Origin: Obrimoposthia wandeli
Taxonomy: Eukaryota
NCBI GenBank assembly: GCA_977020255.1
Contig: CDROCS010001545.1
Location: forward strand, 62,001 to 126,000
DNA length: 64,000 bases
Reading direction: 5' to 3'
Below, one piece after another: positions 62,801 through 64,000 of this stretch. The position numbers were made by a program, and so were the translations under genes. The notes below the pieces were generated by a model. That model was not told the origin of the DNA and made no database searches. It worked only from the letters and a program-made list of their open reading frames with translations. Numbering within the stretch: the first letter of the stretch is position 1; each line of letters starts with the position of its first letter.

Positions 62801-64000
62801 TGTTTAAAGAAACAATCAATTATCCAGCTGACACGAAAAGGTTTACGCTCAGCCTTTACCTTTCAATGCTTTCATTTCATCAGTATCTAAAAAAATAAAC
62901 TAAAAATTTAGCCTGAGTTGACAAATATTGACATAAAATTAAATTAATCAAAATGCGAATGTTCCAAGTTATAAGTAGAATTTCCATAAACAGTAAAAAC
63001 AAGCGAAATATCAGTAACAGTGATAAAGTCATAAATTATTCAATTAATAAAAGTAAAAGAGGTTTACCAATTTTAAGGAATAGTACAAGGACACATCAAG
63101 TAGATTAAAATATTGACCCTGTAACTCCCGGAGTATGATGTTGAAATCAAATACAAAAATGAAAATTAAATGAAGATGCAGATTGTTTTTCGAGATTCCC
63201 AGATGAAATAACAATATGTACAATTCTTCAATCTGCTTTTAAAAACTTGAAATTAGTAACTTGAAAAGAAACATCATTTATAATTGAAATCATGTTTACA
63301 CAAATTCAGTTTAATACAAAAAATAATATCACCCTAAAAAGTAAATTTATCTCTAAATGCATTTATAATTGCCCCTTGCAATTTTAAGATATTAAGAAAG
63401 GTAAAAATTAAATTCATGTTTTCAGAATTTTAAACATTTTTATTTAGACTTGATTCACGGTATTTAGAATGATTTAAAATAAACTAATTATATTTACTAA
63501 AACATCAAAATAAATACGATTTCAATAAACAATAGATGTGCGGTAAAAACTGGAAACATATGTTGTTGGTGTAATTATCTTGTCATAGCAATACACAAAA
63601 ATGCCACCTCTACATAATTATATTTTTAATATTAAATATTAAATAAAACAATATTGAATTAAAAGACCAGTCTAAGACTATTCAATAGAACAGGCTAACT
63701 CGAAAACTAAGGCGAGAAATTGTGGTGGAATTGAAATCTATAAATCTATGAAAACTAGTACGCTTGAGAACTTCGTTCATTCTTAAATTCATCAGTTAAC
63801 TTATTAGGCATTGTTGCAATGTCAGATGACCAAGTATGGTCCTAGTACTTTTATATATATTTTAAAGGTTTTTACTATTGATGTAATTTACTAACAAGTT
63901 GAATTTGTTCAGAAGTTGGTTCTTTAACCTTATTGCCTTCTTTAAAATTGTCAGGCTGTTTCTATTTTTCTCTCTCGTAGTAGGATTCTTGATATCATTT

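Overview
AT-rich metazoan genomic DNA with spliceosomal introns. I can support one host gene: a four-exon prospero/Prox homeobox gene (13651-22064, +, 355 aa by my splicing) that carries an unexpected eh1-like motif. The rest is dense transposon debris dominated by Polinton/Maverick (virus-like dsDNA transposon) sequences of at least two families: A with AGTAGT ends and B with AGTAGG ends. The most striking object is a 12,476-bp family-A Polinton (32848-45323) with a perfect 6-bp target-site duplication (CTGTGG). Its right half has been replaced by an inverted copy of its left ~4 kb, making a giant palindrome, and it sits inside the terminal repeat of a family-B mini-element. Each arm holds a reconstructable intron-containing TBP (TATA-binding protein)-like gene interrupted by a hAT MITE, an IAP (BIR-UBA-like-RING), and a packaging ATPase. 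The centre holds a dead integrase-chromodomain gene, a 551-bp triplication, minor capsid, a putative core protein and an internally deleted major capsid gene. Two decayed protein-primed DNA polymerases, an adenain-type protease, a second major capsid fragment and micro-intron-containing accessory genes (one PHD-like) lie at 52-62 kb and 9-10.6 kb. Relics of DIRS-like, Gypsy, L2, hAT, mariner, Tc1 and Chapaev-like elements fill the remainder. Family assignments come from motif recall and manual translation; no database searches were run.
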